64,000 nt of DNA from a virus (taxonomy: Duplodnaviria > Caudoviricetes), in IMG/VR virus record IMGVR_UViG_3300035497_000258, positions 46,347 through 110,346 of that record. The stretch is one strand, 5' to 3'. Positions 44,969-54,926 of the stretch are shown here, piece after piece (the stretch's first letter is position 1; the number at the start of each line of letters is the position of its first letter). Made by a program: the position numbers and the translations under genes. The notes under the pieces were generated by a model. That model did not search any database. It was not told where the DNA came from and saw only the letters and a list, made by a program, of their open reading frames with translations.

Positions 44969-45044
44969 TCTAGTGTAGCTTAGTAGGTTAAAGCCTCCGA
45001 CTTATAATCGGAAAACTAGGGTTCAAATCCCTACACTAGGACCA
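44969..45044 (+). tRNA. tRNA-Ile(TAT)
   Basis: TCCGA-CT-TAT-AA-TCGGA; GGTTCAAATCC; ACCA end. Confidence 0.85.
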
Positions 45045-45116
45045 AGCGCTTAGCGCTACATATACCTTGCCTCCAAGTGTTTTTAGTCCTAAGTATGACT
45101 TAAAACTGCTTGATAC

Positions 45117-45193
45117 GCGTCAGTGGCCAAGTTGGTAAGGCTCCAAACTTTTAATTTGGAAATGCGTGAGTTCAAGTCTCACCTGACGCACCA
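45117..45193 (+). tRNA. tRNA-Lys(TTT)
   Basis: GCGTCAG/CTGACGC; CCAAA-CT-TTT-AA-TTTGG; ACCA end. Confidence 0.88.
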
Positions 45194-45407
45194 TTTTAGA
45201 CACTCACAGCAACCATTCTAAAGATTTAATGTTATAAAATTTTTGCCTGTGTCTAGTTATTTTAAATTTAGAAAGGAGAATATGAATGTACGATATTGAT
45301 GATTTTATTTTTGGAAATGAGACTCCCACTATCAGCAATAGATGAATATGATGTATAATGCGGCCGATGATGGTGGTTCCAAGCCCACGCAAACGCAGAG
45401 GATACAT

Positions 45408-45497
45408 AGAGGATTACCCAAGTTAGGTTATAAGGGGTCAGTTCGCTAAACTGATAGGGCTACGGCCGCAAGAGTTCGAATCTCTTATCCTCTGCCA
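45408..45497 (+). tRNA. tRNA-Ser(GCT)
   Basis: AGAGGAT/ATCCTCT; TCAGT-TC-GCT-AA-ACTGA; long variable arm; GCCA end. Confidence 0.85.
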
Positions 45498-45668
45498 TAG
45501 TAGATACCAACAGCAAACTTTCTGGTGATTGTAGTATCTAGTTTTAAGGCTTCCTTCTTACGAGGGAAGCCTTTCTTTTATGCTCAAAACCCTGGACAAA
45601 AATATATAATTCATAGTTTTAATTTTTTAGAATACTATGAGATAGTATTGAAAAGGGGAGACTTGCAT

Positions 45669-45971
45669 ATGATTACAGCTAGTACAAATAATATTCGCAA
45701 GACTTTCTATAATATGGCTGAGTTCTTATGCGATTATCAAAGTGATGTAGCTGATTTGCCTACTGATTGTGGAGTTGGTTCTAAAGCTTTTGTGATTGAA
45801 AACTCTAATGTTTATATTTTAAATGGTTCAAAAATATGGATTTTGTAGAGTACGACTGGAAATGAAAGTTCATCTTCAGGCGAAAATAATTCTTATGATG
45901 GCGGAGATTTAGATGATAACTTTTCTTCTTCAGGTGAAAACAATCTCTATGATGGTGGCGACTTAGACTAA
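45669..45971 (+). CDS. Small virion-associated protein (100 aa, 1 TAG)
   Basis: EFLCDYQSDVADLPTDCGVGSKAFVIE...KIWIL*STTG, then two SSSGENN-x-YDGGDLD repeats to TAA. Confidence 0.65.
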
Positions 45972-45994
45972 AATTATAGAGGAGTGGAAAAGGT

Positions 45995-46339
45995 TTGGCT
46001 GAAACAACAATAATTAAATTTAAGCGTGGTTCTGCAAATACATGGATTCGATTAAATCCAATACTTGAATCTGGCGAGCCTGGATATGAAAAAGATACAG
46101 GCAAACTTAAAATTGGAGATGGCACTACTGCTTGGAATGATTTAAAATACTTCGAGGGAGAAGCATCCATTTCTATTGATAATAAAAGTTTGACTTTATA
46201 CGGCGATGCCATAGAATTATACGGTTTTAGTGCAGCGACCGCCGGTCAAATCCCTTCTAAAGGGAGCGACGGAAATCTTGAATGGGTTGACAAGAATATT
46301 CCTTTAACTGAAAAGGAAATTCTTTCAATATTAAATTAA
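45995..46339 (+). CDS. Tail-fibre adaptor-like protein (Mtd-N/hyaluronidase N-terminal type domain)
   Basis: KFKRGSANTW...NPILESGEPGYEKDTGKLKIGDGTTAWNDLKY. Confidence 0.75.
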   Translation: MAETTIIKFKRGSANTWIRLNPILESGEPGYEKDTGKLKIGDGTTAWNDLKYFEGEASISIDNKSLTLYGDAIELYGFSAATAGQIPSKGSDGNLEWVDKNIPLTEKEILSILN

Positions 46340-46355
46340 AAGGGGAGGTTATCAA

Positions 46356-47108
46356 ATGGTAAAAGTTCTTGACCAAGCTGGTTTAGTTACATTATGGGCG
46401 CAAATTAAGGGCTATAATGCAGACGCTATTTCTGAAGCTTTAACTAACTATAAAACTAGCTCTGAATTAGTTGAAATCTTAAGTGATTATGTCACAGAAG
46501 ATAAACTTCAAGAAGCTATTGCAGAAGTTACTACAGACGTAACTAGAGTATTTACTTATAAGGGTAGTATTGATAATTATTCTGAATTACCTGCTGATGC
46601 AGCTATTGGAGACGTTTATAATGTCATAAATGCAGACGCAGATAATGGTATTAATCCTGGTGATAATGTTGTTTGGACTGGAGATTCTTGGGATAAACTT
46701 GCTGGCTCTATTGATCTGAGTAATTATGCTACTAAGTCTGATCTTGATAATAAAACTACTTAGAGCATTAAAGACGTGAATGGCGAGTCGCTTGTTTGGA
46801 ATGAAACTTCTGGCGGTGGCGCTAAATTTATTCATACTGATGGTACTGAATCTTTCGTTGGAGTAAATGATGGTGGCGCCAATGGCATGGTTGCTCAAAT
46901 TTATGCTGATAAAGAGGTTAATGGCGACTGGATCGGTTCACGTTTAAACGTGTATCAAAAAGGTATGTTCTATCACAATGCAGAAGATAAAGCTTCTGGT
47001 AATTATGTTGCTGATGATCCTGAGCATGAAGTAGCAGTTAAGAAAGATATCGAGGCTGTTATTCCTGAAGCCTTAACCGAGGATGAAATTAAAACTATTT
47101 GCGTATAA
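46356..47108 (+). CDS. Tail fibre-like protein (250 aa, 1 TAG)
   Basis: YKGSIDNYSELP...GDVYNV...WDKLAGSIDLSNY; DNKTT*SIKDVNGE joins two track ORFs. Confidence 0.7.
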
Positions 47109-47126
47109 GGGAAGGAGGACAATTAA

Positions 47127-47489
47127 GTGTCTAAATTCCTAGACCAATCAGGCGTAAGTATACTATGGACTCTTATGAAAGATAAGGGTTCAAAAAGAGA
47201 TAATTATTTTAATTATGAAGATACCTATGTCCCTGATAATGGACAAATTTGTTTTGTAGATACCGCTAAAGATGGTCTACAAATAAAAATCGGTGATGGT
47301 ATTACTCCATGGATCTAGCTTTCATACCTCTAGGCATCTGAGGATTCCGCGGGTATTATGAAACTTTATCAAAGTTTAGGAACTAATACAGATGGAGCGA
47401 TAAGTTAGAAAGTTATTACCGATGAATTAGAGAATAAATTTAGCGTAGAAGTGAATAACTCTCAAGAGCTTATTCGTTTTTATAAATAA
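47127..47489 (+). CDS. Tail fibre-associated protein (120 aa, 3 TAG)
   Basis: KIGDGITPWI*LSYL*ASEDSAGIMKLYQSLGTNTDGAIS*KVITDEL. Confidence 0.7.
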
Positions 47490-47511
47490 AAAATAAGGAG
47501 ATTTTTAATTT

Positions 47512-48711
47512 ATGTCAATTTTTGAATATACTGCTGGCTCTGTGCTAAGCCAAATTGAGCTAGGCGGCGTTACTTATTTATTAAAAGACGCTGATGCACG
47601 TAGTATTTTAGACACTCTGGGTAATGCTTCTTTAAAGGATGTTTCTACTAGCGGTGTTGCTGAAGGCGAGAATGGTCTTGTCACAGGTGCTCAAGTTCAG
47701 TCTGCTATTGCTGGTTTAACAGGTGTTCTGCATTTTAAAGGCAAGCTTGATGAGTTGCCCACTGATGTTTCTACATATGAGAGTGGCGATGTCATCATTG
47801 TTGGTACTAAAGAGTATCTTTTTTATGATGGTGCATTTACTGAACTTGGTGATGAAGGCGCATATGTCCCTAAGACCCGTAAGATCGCTAATATCGCTCT
47901 CGACGCTGACATCAGCGTAGCTTCTTTACAATCTGCGCTTGGCTTAAAGGCTCTTGCTTATAAGGATTCAGCTTCTGGCACTGTTGAAGTTACTACTGGT
48001 ATCAATGGCGCTTCTTATACTCCTGCTGGTACTGTTTCCACCACTCTTTCTACTGAATCTAGTACTGTGAGTTCTTCTGGTAAATTTACTCCTGAAGGTT
48101 CGGTATCTGGTAGCGTGACTCCTTCTGGTAAAGTGACACTCTCTGTTGATAATACTAATGGCGTTACTCTTGGTGGCACTGTATCAGCTCCTACAATTAC
48201 TGTGACTCCTTCTACTACTACCGTAAAGCATATTTCTTCTGTGGGTACTCTTCCTTCTTATACAGCGGCTTCTTATACCGCTCCTAGCGTATCTGAATCT
48301 ACTAGTAATTTTGCTACTTCTGGCGTGACTGCTACTGTGAGTGGTGAAACTCTGACTTTAGGTACTGCTTCTACTAGTGCCGCTGTGACTTCTACTGGCT
48401 TTAAAGCTGGTTCTTTCACTGATGGTACATTTTCTGCTGGTACTCTACCTTCTCTTGATAGCGGCATTACTGTGGTTACTGGTATTGAATCAGCTACTGC
48501 TACCGCTCCTACCTTTACCGGTAATAAATATTCTGCCACTTTCGCAGGGAATACTAATACAATTTCTGCTACATTTAGTGGTTCTGAAGGTGACGTCAGT
48601 GTAAGTGGTAGTTATACTAAAGCTACTGATGTTTCTAGTACATTTAAGGGTACAGCAGATACTATTACTCCCACTCTGACAAAGAGTACAAAGACTGTTA
48701 CTGTTTCCTAA
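47512..48711 (+). CDS. Ser/Thr/Gly-rich fibre-like structural protein
   Basis: 399 aa; repeated TPxGTVS / PTFTG motifs. Confidence 0.7.
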   Translation: MSIFEYTAGSVLSQIELGGVTYLLKDADARSILDTLGNASLKDVSTSGVAEGENGLVTGAQVQSAIAGLTGVLHFKGKLDELPTDVSTYESGDVIIVGTKEYLFYDGAFTELGDEGAYVPKTRKIANIALDADISVASLQSALGLKALAYKDSASGTVEVTTGINGASYTPAGTVSTTLSTESSTVSSSGKFTPEGSVSGSVTPSGKVTLSVDNTNGVTLGGTVSAPTITVTPSTTTVKHISSVGTLPSYTAASYTAPSVSESTSNFATSGVTATVSGETLTLGTASTSAAVTSTGFKAGSFTDGTFSAGTLPSLDSGITVVTGIESATATAPTFTGNKYSATFAGNTNTISATFSGSEGDVSVSGSYTKATDVSSTFKGTADTITPTLTKSTKTVTVS

Positions 48712-48733
48712 TTAAAAGGACGGTGTGAAGTAA

Positions 48734-49918
48734 GTGGCAGATTTAGCTAATATTAAAGTAGGCAGCACCACTTACACTCTAAAAGATACTGCTGCGAGGG
48801 ATCGTCTTGACATTATTGAGACGACCCTCGCATCAGGACTTATCTTTAAGGGTACAGTCTCAAGTGCTGCCGATATTACAGGATTAACGGATTATAAAGT
48901 TGGTTGGACTTACAAAGCCTCTGCCTCTTTTAGTATAACAAATATAGGAAGTATAGAATCAGGAGACATGATTATTTGTGTTTCTGCGTATAGTTCTTCC
49001 TATAAAGCAACAGACTGGACTGTGGTTTAGAATAATGTTGATACATTTACTGGCGCAAGTGCGAGCACGGCAGGTACAAGGGGTTTAGTGCCCTAGCCTT
49101 CCGCAGGTAGCCAATCTAAGTTCTTACGTGGAGACGCGACTTGGGCTTCTATAGACTCAGTACCTAAATTAACCACTGCCCGCACAATAACTGTGGACGG
49201 CGATGAGTCGGGCTCTGCTTCTTTTGATGGTTCTTCTAATGTTACTATCAATCTAACTGATAATCGCTTTGTAATGGGCACTCAGACAGCTTCTACCGCA
49301 GATTGGACTGGTAATTTACATGGTGTCAAAGCATTATATGATGGACTTTGTATTAATTATTGGCTTCCTTATGCTTCTGTGAGTAGTACTAATGTTACTT
49401 TAAATTTAACTCTCGACGATGGTACTACTACAGGCGCTATTGATTGTTATAGATGGGCAACTTCAAGATTAACTACGCATTATGGGGCCAATTATCTTGT
49501 TACATTAACCTATCGTTCTGGAGTAAATATTAATGGAACTACTTATACTGGTTGGTGGGCTACTGGTGATGCAAATTCTACTTACTCTAATGCTTCACTG
49601 GGATAGGGATATGTAACGTGCTCAACAGCGGCAGCTACTACTGCCAAAACAGCTTCTTTAAGTAGCTATTCTTTAACTACTGGAGGCATCGTTGCTGTTA
49701 AATTTACTTATGATGTACCTGCAAATGCTACTTTAAGCATTAATTCTAAAACCGCAAAAAGTATTTACTATAACGGAGCAGCTATTAAAGCTGGTGTAAT
49801 AAACGCTGGAGATATAGCTTACTTTATCTATAGTTCTCAATATCATTTATTGGGGAAAAATACCACTTTGGATGACGTAGCTTCTGCTTTAGATAGTGTT
49901 ACATGGTTTGATTTTTGA
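48734..49918 (+). CDS. Tail fibre protein (394 aa, 3 TAG)
   Basis: DWTVV*NNVD...AGTRGLVP*PSAGSQSKFLRGDATW...SNASLG*GYVTCSTAAATTAKT. Confidence 0.75.
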
Positions 49919-50136
49919 TATTAGGGGACTCGTTTATGAGTCCCCTTTTTTCTTTAGATTTAAGGATCTTTTTTACAAAAATCTTTGAAATTTCAAAAAA
50001 AATATCATATAATATTATTGTAGTTAAGGGAACGAAGCTACAACAAGGTTTACTTTTATGGGTGTTTGAAAAAGGGTTGGTTAACGAGGAACCCAAATCC
50101 TCCATCGAGCTGTGGAACGTAGCCTGGGCTCTTTAT

Positions 50137-50210
50137 GGTAGATTAGTTTAATGGTAAAACGAGATACTTGTAATATCTTGTTGCCTGTTCGATTCAGGCA
50201 TCTACCTCCA
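50137..50210 (+). tRNA. tRNA-Thr(TGT)
   Basis: GGTAGAT/ATCTACC; AGATA-CT-TGT-AA-TATCT; TCCA end. Confidence 0.85.
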
Positions 50211-50213
50211 AAC

Positions 50214-50299
50214 GGAGCGGTACTGAAGCGGTCATAACAGCCTAGTCTTGAAAACTAGCGTGTCTACGAGACACGGGGGTTCGAATCCCTCTCGCTCCG
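50214..50299 (+). tRNA. tRNA-Ser(TGA)
   Basis: GGAGCGG/TCGCTCC; CTAGT-CT-TGA-AA-ACTAG; long variable arm. Confidence 0.85.
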
Positions 50300-50453
50300 C
50301 GTCATCAAGATAAGAGCCTTCTCGTGGCGATGATGTTTTAACAAATCTTATCAATTATATAAATTAGATAGCAATAGAGAAAAGAATCGGAAAAATTAAA
50401 TGTAGAAAATAATGTAGAAAGAACCTAAAGACTAAATAAGCTATCTTACATAT

Positions 50454-50528
50454 GGAGGTGTAGTGTAATGGTAGCACAGAGGGCTCTAACCCCTCGGGTC
50501 TTGGTTCGATTCTGAAGCGCCTCTGCCA
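50454..50528 (+). tRNA. Amber-decoding tRNA (anticodon CTA), probably Gln-charged
   Basis: GGAGGTG/CGCCTCT acceptor; GAGGG-CT-CTA-AC-CCCTC; G discriminator and CCA. Confidence 0.85.
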
Positions 50529-50574
50529 GACTAAAAGGGAGGGAAACCTCCCTTTATTTTTTATAGGAGAAATT

Positions 50575-52230
50575 ATGTATAAAGAACATTACCCGTTTTT
50601 TAGTAGCGTGTGTTTGAACCTCACTGACGCGTGTAACCTAGAATGCAAGTATTGCGCACCAGCCGGCACTAAGATCTTAATGGCTGATGGTAGCACGAAA
50701 AATATTGAAGATATTGAAATCGCTGATAGAGTTATGGGGTTTGAAGAAGAAGCTCCCCATAGAGTAAAAACAACTAAAGTTCTTAATATTTTTGTAAGAG
50801 AAGCTAGAACTTTATTTAAAATTGTTACGAAGGATAAACATAAAATTTATCTTACAGGAAATCATCCTATCTTAACTGGAGTAAATAAATGGACCCAGGT
50901 AAAAGATTTAAAGCCTGGGATCGATGTGGCTTACATATTTGGAGATATAGGGCTATATAGTTCTATAATTGAATCTGTCGAAGAAATTTTTGAAACTACG
51001 CAGGTTTATAATTTTGAGACTAGTGAACATACTTATTTTGCAGATGGTTTTGCTGTTCATAACTGCTTTGTTAAGCAATGTAACCACTATATGACTTACG
51101 AAATTGCAGAACAAAGCGTTGATTTTTTAATGAATAATGTTAAACAAAAGGAAGAATTAACTGGAATTAAGCAAGATCCTTCTATTACTTACTTTGGCGG
51201 TGAACCTACTATAATGTGGGATAGTATTATTGTGCCGCTGACTAAGCATATTAGAGAGAAATATGGAGATACTATTACTCTTACAATGACCACTAATGGG
51301 ACGCTGCTAGACAAGGAAAGAATTGATTTTATGCGGAAGTATGATATCTATCCCCATCTTTCTTTCGATGGTCCTAAAGAAGTTCAAGATAAAAATCGTC
51401 CAATGCGGAATGGGCAAAGTAGTTATGAGGCGGCGGCTTCCAATATTTCCTATTTATTACAGAATTTTCCAAACACCACTATGAGAGCAACCATTGACCA
51501 AGCTACAGTTGATGGCACTTTTAACTCGTATGTTTTCGCTATGGAGCACGGTTTCCGCAATTTCTTTACAATGCCTAATGGTAGAGAAACTTGGTCAGAA
51601 GAAAATATTCAAAAACTTGATGAAGAAGTAGAGAAGATTTTTGCGTTGATGTATCTACAGTTTTCTGAGGGTCATAAACCTTTTACTTCTTTCTCTCGTA
51701 TTGATAAAACTTATGAAGATATATTAAATAGAGATTTACAGTTCTATCATAATAGATTTAATAATGTTTCTATTCATCGCGAGCCTTTTAGATGCGGCCT
51801 TGGTACTACTTCTGCTTCTATTTCTTATGATGGTAGAATTTATGCTTGTCAAGAGCAAGATTCTTATGGAAATAGTTTCTTCTTTATCGGTGATATTTGG
51901 AATGGCGTAGATAGAAAAAAGCATGAAGCTTTGTTAGATGAATATACAAAAGAAGCAATAAATGAGTGTGAGAAGCCTGAACTCTGCAAAACTTGCCCCT
52001 TACGGCAGGTGTGCCAGACCAATGGTTGTCCTTCTTCTAACTATGATACTTATGAAGATTTCTTTATCAATCCAGAAGTAGCTTGTAGGTGGAACCAAAT
52101 TTTGTTTAAACACGCTGTTAATATGATGAAATGTTTAGTAGAAGAAAATAACTTAGTTTTTAAAGATTATTTAGATAATGAATGTCATTATAAAAATTAT
52201 TGTAGAAAGGAGAAGAAAAATGAGTTGTGA
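50575..52230 (+). CDS. Radical SAM/SPASM-domain enzyme containing a mini-intein
   Basis: CNLECKY[intein]C; FGGEP, TTNGTLL, SFDGPKEVQDKNR; SPASM CGLG...GRIYAC...CKTC...C...GC. Confidence 0.9.
   Translation: MYKEHYPFFSSVCLNLTDACNLECKYCAPAGTKILMADGSTKNIEDIEIADRVMGFEEEAPHRVKTTKVLNIFVREARTLFKIVTKDKHKIYLTGNHPILTGVNKWTQVKDLKPGIDVAYIFGDIGLYSSIIESVEEIFETTQVYNFETSEHTYFADGFAVHNCFVKQCNHYMTYEIAEQSVDFLMNNVKQKEELTGIKQDPSITYFGGEPTIMWDSIIVPLTKHIREKYGDTITLTMTTNGTLLDKERIDFMRKYDIYPHLSFDGPKEVQDKNRPMRNGQSSYEAAASNISYLLQNFPNTTMRATIDQATVDGTFNSYVFAMEHGFRNFFTMPNGRETWSEENIQKLDEEVEKIFALMYLQFSEGHKPFTSFSRIDKTYEDILNRDLQFYHNRFNNVSIHREPFRCGLGTTSASISYDGRIYACQEQDSYGNSFFFIGDIWNGVDRKKHEALLDEYTKEAINECEKPELCKTCPLRQVCQTNGCPSSNYDTYEDFFINPEVACRWNQILFKHAVNMMKCLVEENNLVFKDYLDNECHYKNYCRKEKKNEL
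50653..51063 (+). mobile_element. Mini-intein (137 aa, no endonuclease domain)
   Basis: Block A CAPAGTKILMADG, block B LTGNHPI, blocks F/G VYNFET...YFADGFAVHN, followed by +1 Cys. Confidence 0.92.
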
Positions 52231-52810
52231 AACTTGTGTTAGCTGTCAAGACTGCGATGGCTGCAATACTTGTAATGATAGTTGTAATAATTGTGACAAT
52301 GGTAATTGTACAACCTGTGATGATGCACAAACGTATTGTAAAGTTCAAGAAGTTTATAGTATCGATTGCTCTAATAAGTTTGCATGGAATGGCGGGGTAA
52401 CTGCTGGAAGTGAATTAATTAAACTTACCGATTGGAATAGGCTTCCTGCATATGTTAAAGCTTTAAGATCTAAAGGTATTGGGGGCAAGAGTACCAGCGG
52501 AATTACAACACAAACTGATAAAGAAGTTAAAGCATCTTGGTTTAATAATTATGCTGCATTAGTGGGAAGCTCCAAAAGAGCAACAGCAGGAAAAACTTAT
52601 ATTTATGGCTCTTATTTTGAAGATTTAGCCAATAAAGCTAATGATTTAACTTATGAAAAAAATCAGTGTACTGTTTGCAATACTGGTTGCAATACTTGTG
52701 ATAGCTGTAAAGGCTGTAACTTATGTAAATCAGGTAATACAACAAGCTCCAAGTGTAAAAGCGGAAATACCTGTACTACAGATTGTAGCCAAACATCTAG
52801 CAGTTCGTGA
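52220..52810 (+). CDS. Cys-rich CxxC-repeat protein, candidate radical SAM substrate
   Basis: AGGAG RBS; start overlaps the rSAM gene end; CETCVSCQDCDGCNTC at the N-terminus and CTVCNTGCNTCDSCKGCNLC at the C-terminus. Confidence 0.75.
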   Translation: MSCETCVSCQDCDGCNTCNDSCNNCDNGNCTTCDDAQTYCKVQEVYSIDCSNKFAWNGGVTAGSELIKLTDWNRLPAYVKALRSKGIGGKSTSGITTQTDKEVKASWFNNYAALVGSSKRATAGKTYIYGSYFEDLANKANDLTYEKNQCTVCNTGCNTCDSCKGCNLCKSGNTTSSKCKSGNTCTTDCSQTSSSS

Positions 52811-52816
52811 AAAGTA

Positions 52817-53347
52817 ATGAAAGAATTAATTGAACAAATAGAGAAATATCTCTTAAAACAAGAGAACACAATAGCTAAAGCAGTCCTTCGATATTTTAAA
52901 ACAGAAGGAAAAGGTGAAGAATTGTTCGACGAATACTACGATTCTTTTGAAAAAGTATTAGCTATGTGTATAAAATATATTACTACAGAATACGAGATTG
53001 AAGTCCCCGGCGACATAGCTGTATTTTCAGTAACCTATGATGATATGGAAACCTTTGAATCTCGAGTGCGGGAGTGGCTGAACTGCGGCGACCGCAATCT
53101 AGCTCTATATCATTGTCTTTTGATTCTTGATAATGAGTGTTATACTATTGTGAATAGAATTGCTTATAACTTATTTAAGGATATTCCTGATATGTATGGC
53201 GAAATTCTTCATGCCGAGGATTGTTGCGGTTATTGCGCCGATACGTTTGACGGACCTCCAGTCCCTGTCTCTGAAATAAAAGAAATTCCTCCTTATCATC
53301 CTTCATGTCGATGCGTTTATACTTATTTTAGAAAAGAAATTACTTGA
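52817..53347 (+). CDS. Protein with a MuF/SPP1-gp7-like minor head C-terminal motif
   Basis: CCGYC...IPPYHPSCRC. Confidence 0.55.
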   Translation: MKELIEQIEKYLLKQENTIAKAVLRYFKTEGKGEELFDEYYDSFEKVLAMCIKYITTEYEIEVPGDIAVFSVTYDDMETFESRVREWLNCGDRNLALYHCLLILDNECYTIVNRIAYNLFKDIPDMYGEILHAEDCCGYCADTFDGPPVPVSEIKEIPPYHPSCRCVYTYFRKEIT

Positions 53348-53438
53348 AATTTTATTATAAAAATTGTATAATGTATATAGAAAGTTAAGAGAGATACTTT
53401 TCTTGAAAAAAGAAAAGTCAGCAAAAAGGAGATTTTAT

Positions 53439-54911
53439 ATGTTAAATGAATTAAAGATTGAAGCATCTAAGACTTATACTGAAAATGGCGGCGTGAGTTA
53501 TTCTACTACTGCAGATCGAGTGTTCGATCTCTTTAGCCTTGGTGGCGCATATAGAGAGCGTAGTAAAGAAGATACGATTGCACTTTTTGCTTCTGCTTAT
53601 CGAGAGAATCCTACTTTTGCTTTGAAGTGCTTGTTTTACTTGCGTGATGCGCGCGGAGGCCAGGGCGAAAGAGCCTTTTTCCGAGTTTGTTTGAAGTGGT
53701 TGGCTAATTATGACCCTGATGCAGTTCTGCGGAATCTTGGATATATTCCTGAGTTTGGTAGATGGGACGATTTATTCGAGCTGTTTGATACTCCGGTTGA
53801 AGCTGAGGTTATGCAATTTATCGCAGAACAGCTTGCGATGGATATTAAGAACGCTCTTAAGGAAGATTCTATTAGCCTTCTTGCTAAATGGCTTCCTAGT
53901 GAAAATACTTCTAGTCAAGAAACTCGAAGAAAGGCTAAGAAGATTCGAGAATATCTTCATATGACTCCCAAGCTGTATCGTAAGACTCTGTCAGAATTGC
54001 GGAATTATTCTAACGTTCTTGAGCGTCTTATGAGTGATAAGAGATGGGATGAGATTGATTTCTCGGCTGTTCCTTCTAAGGCTGGTTTGAAGTATTCTAA
54101 AGCTTTTTTGAAGAATAAGGAAACTTCTGAGCGATATCAGGAATTTATTCAGTCTAAGAATACTAAAGTCCATGCTGGAACTCTGTATCCTGCTGATGTA
54201 GTGCATAAGGTTATGGGTAAGAGCTATTATGATATGCACTATACTGACTTAGAAGATAGAGCAATATATAACAAGTATTGGGGAAATCTTACCGACTATT
54301 TTAAGGGCGCAAAATTCAATGGTATTGCAGTGGTAGATACTTCTGGTAGTATGTACGGACGCCCGATCGAAGTTGCAATCTCGTTAGGTTTGTATTGCGC
54401 TGGAAAGTGTAATCCTGGGAGTCCTTTCTATAACCATTATATTTCTTTTTCTAGCCGACCTGAACTAGTAGAGATTACTGGACAAGATTTCTGTAGTCAG
54501 GTAATTAATATCTATGATAATATGCTCTGCGATAACACTAATATTGAAGCTGTATTTAATCTACTGCTCAATACCGCCTTAAAGCATCAGCTCCCGCAGT
54601 CTGAACTTCCTGAGAATATTATCATTATCTCTGATATGGAATTTGATAGTATGACGAACTACAGAAGCTTAGAGGGCCTTTACTCTGGTATGGAGACTAT
54701 TAGAAACAAATGGGAAGAATATGGATACAAGATGCCTAATCTTGTATATTGGAATGTCAATGCTAGACATAACCTTATTCCTGAGGCTCCTAAGAACGGT
54801 GTTTCTTTTGTAAGTGGTTACTCCCCGGTCATTTTGGATTCTATTCTTACCGGCAAGACTGGTAAAGAACTGATGTTTGAAACTTTAAAGAAGTATGACA
54901 TGATTCGATAA
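53439..54911 (+). CDS. DUF2828-family protein (TROVE/Ro60-like plus vWA domain)
   Basis: TENGGVSYSTT...DLF, RDARGGQGER, EFGRWDDL, AKWLPSE, MIDAS VDTSGSM, IISDMEFD, YWNV; AGGAG RBS before ATG 53439. Confidence 0.8.
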   Translation: MLNELKIEASKTYTENGGVSYSTTADRVFDLFSLGGAYRERSKEDTIALFASAYRENPTFALKCLFYLRDARGGQGERAFFRVCLKWLANYDPDAVLRNLGYIPEFGRWDDLFELFDTPVEAEVMQFIAEQLAMDIKNALKEDSISLLAKWLPSENTSSQETRRKAKKIREYLHMTPKLYRKTLSELRNYSNVLERLMSDKRWDEIDFSAVPSKAGLKYSKAFLKNKETSERYQEFIQSKNTKVHAGTLYPADVVHKVMGKSYYDMHYTDLEDRAIYNKYWGNLTDYFKGAKFNGIAVVDTSGSMYGRPIEVAISLGLYCAGKCNPGSPFYNHYISFSSRPELVEITGQDFCSQVINIYDNMLCDNTNIEAVFNLLLNTALKHQLPQSELPENIIIISDMEFDSMTNYRSLEGLYSGMETIRNKWEEYGYKMPNLVYWNVNARHNLIPEAPKNGVSFVSGYSPVILDSILTGKTGKELMFETLKKYDMIR

Positions 54912-54926
54912 GGAGGATATTTAAGT

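Noticed and set aside
45995-49918. Diversity-generating retroelement suggested by the Mtd-N-like domain
   Set aside because: No reverse transcriptase and no template/variable repeat pair seen in this window.
53364-53438. Track start of the DUF2828 ORF at 53364
   Set aside because: That stretch contains the promoter -10 and leader; the AGGAG RBS supports ATG 53439.
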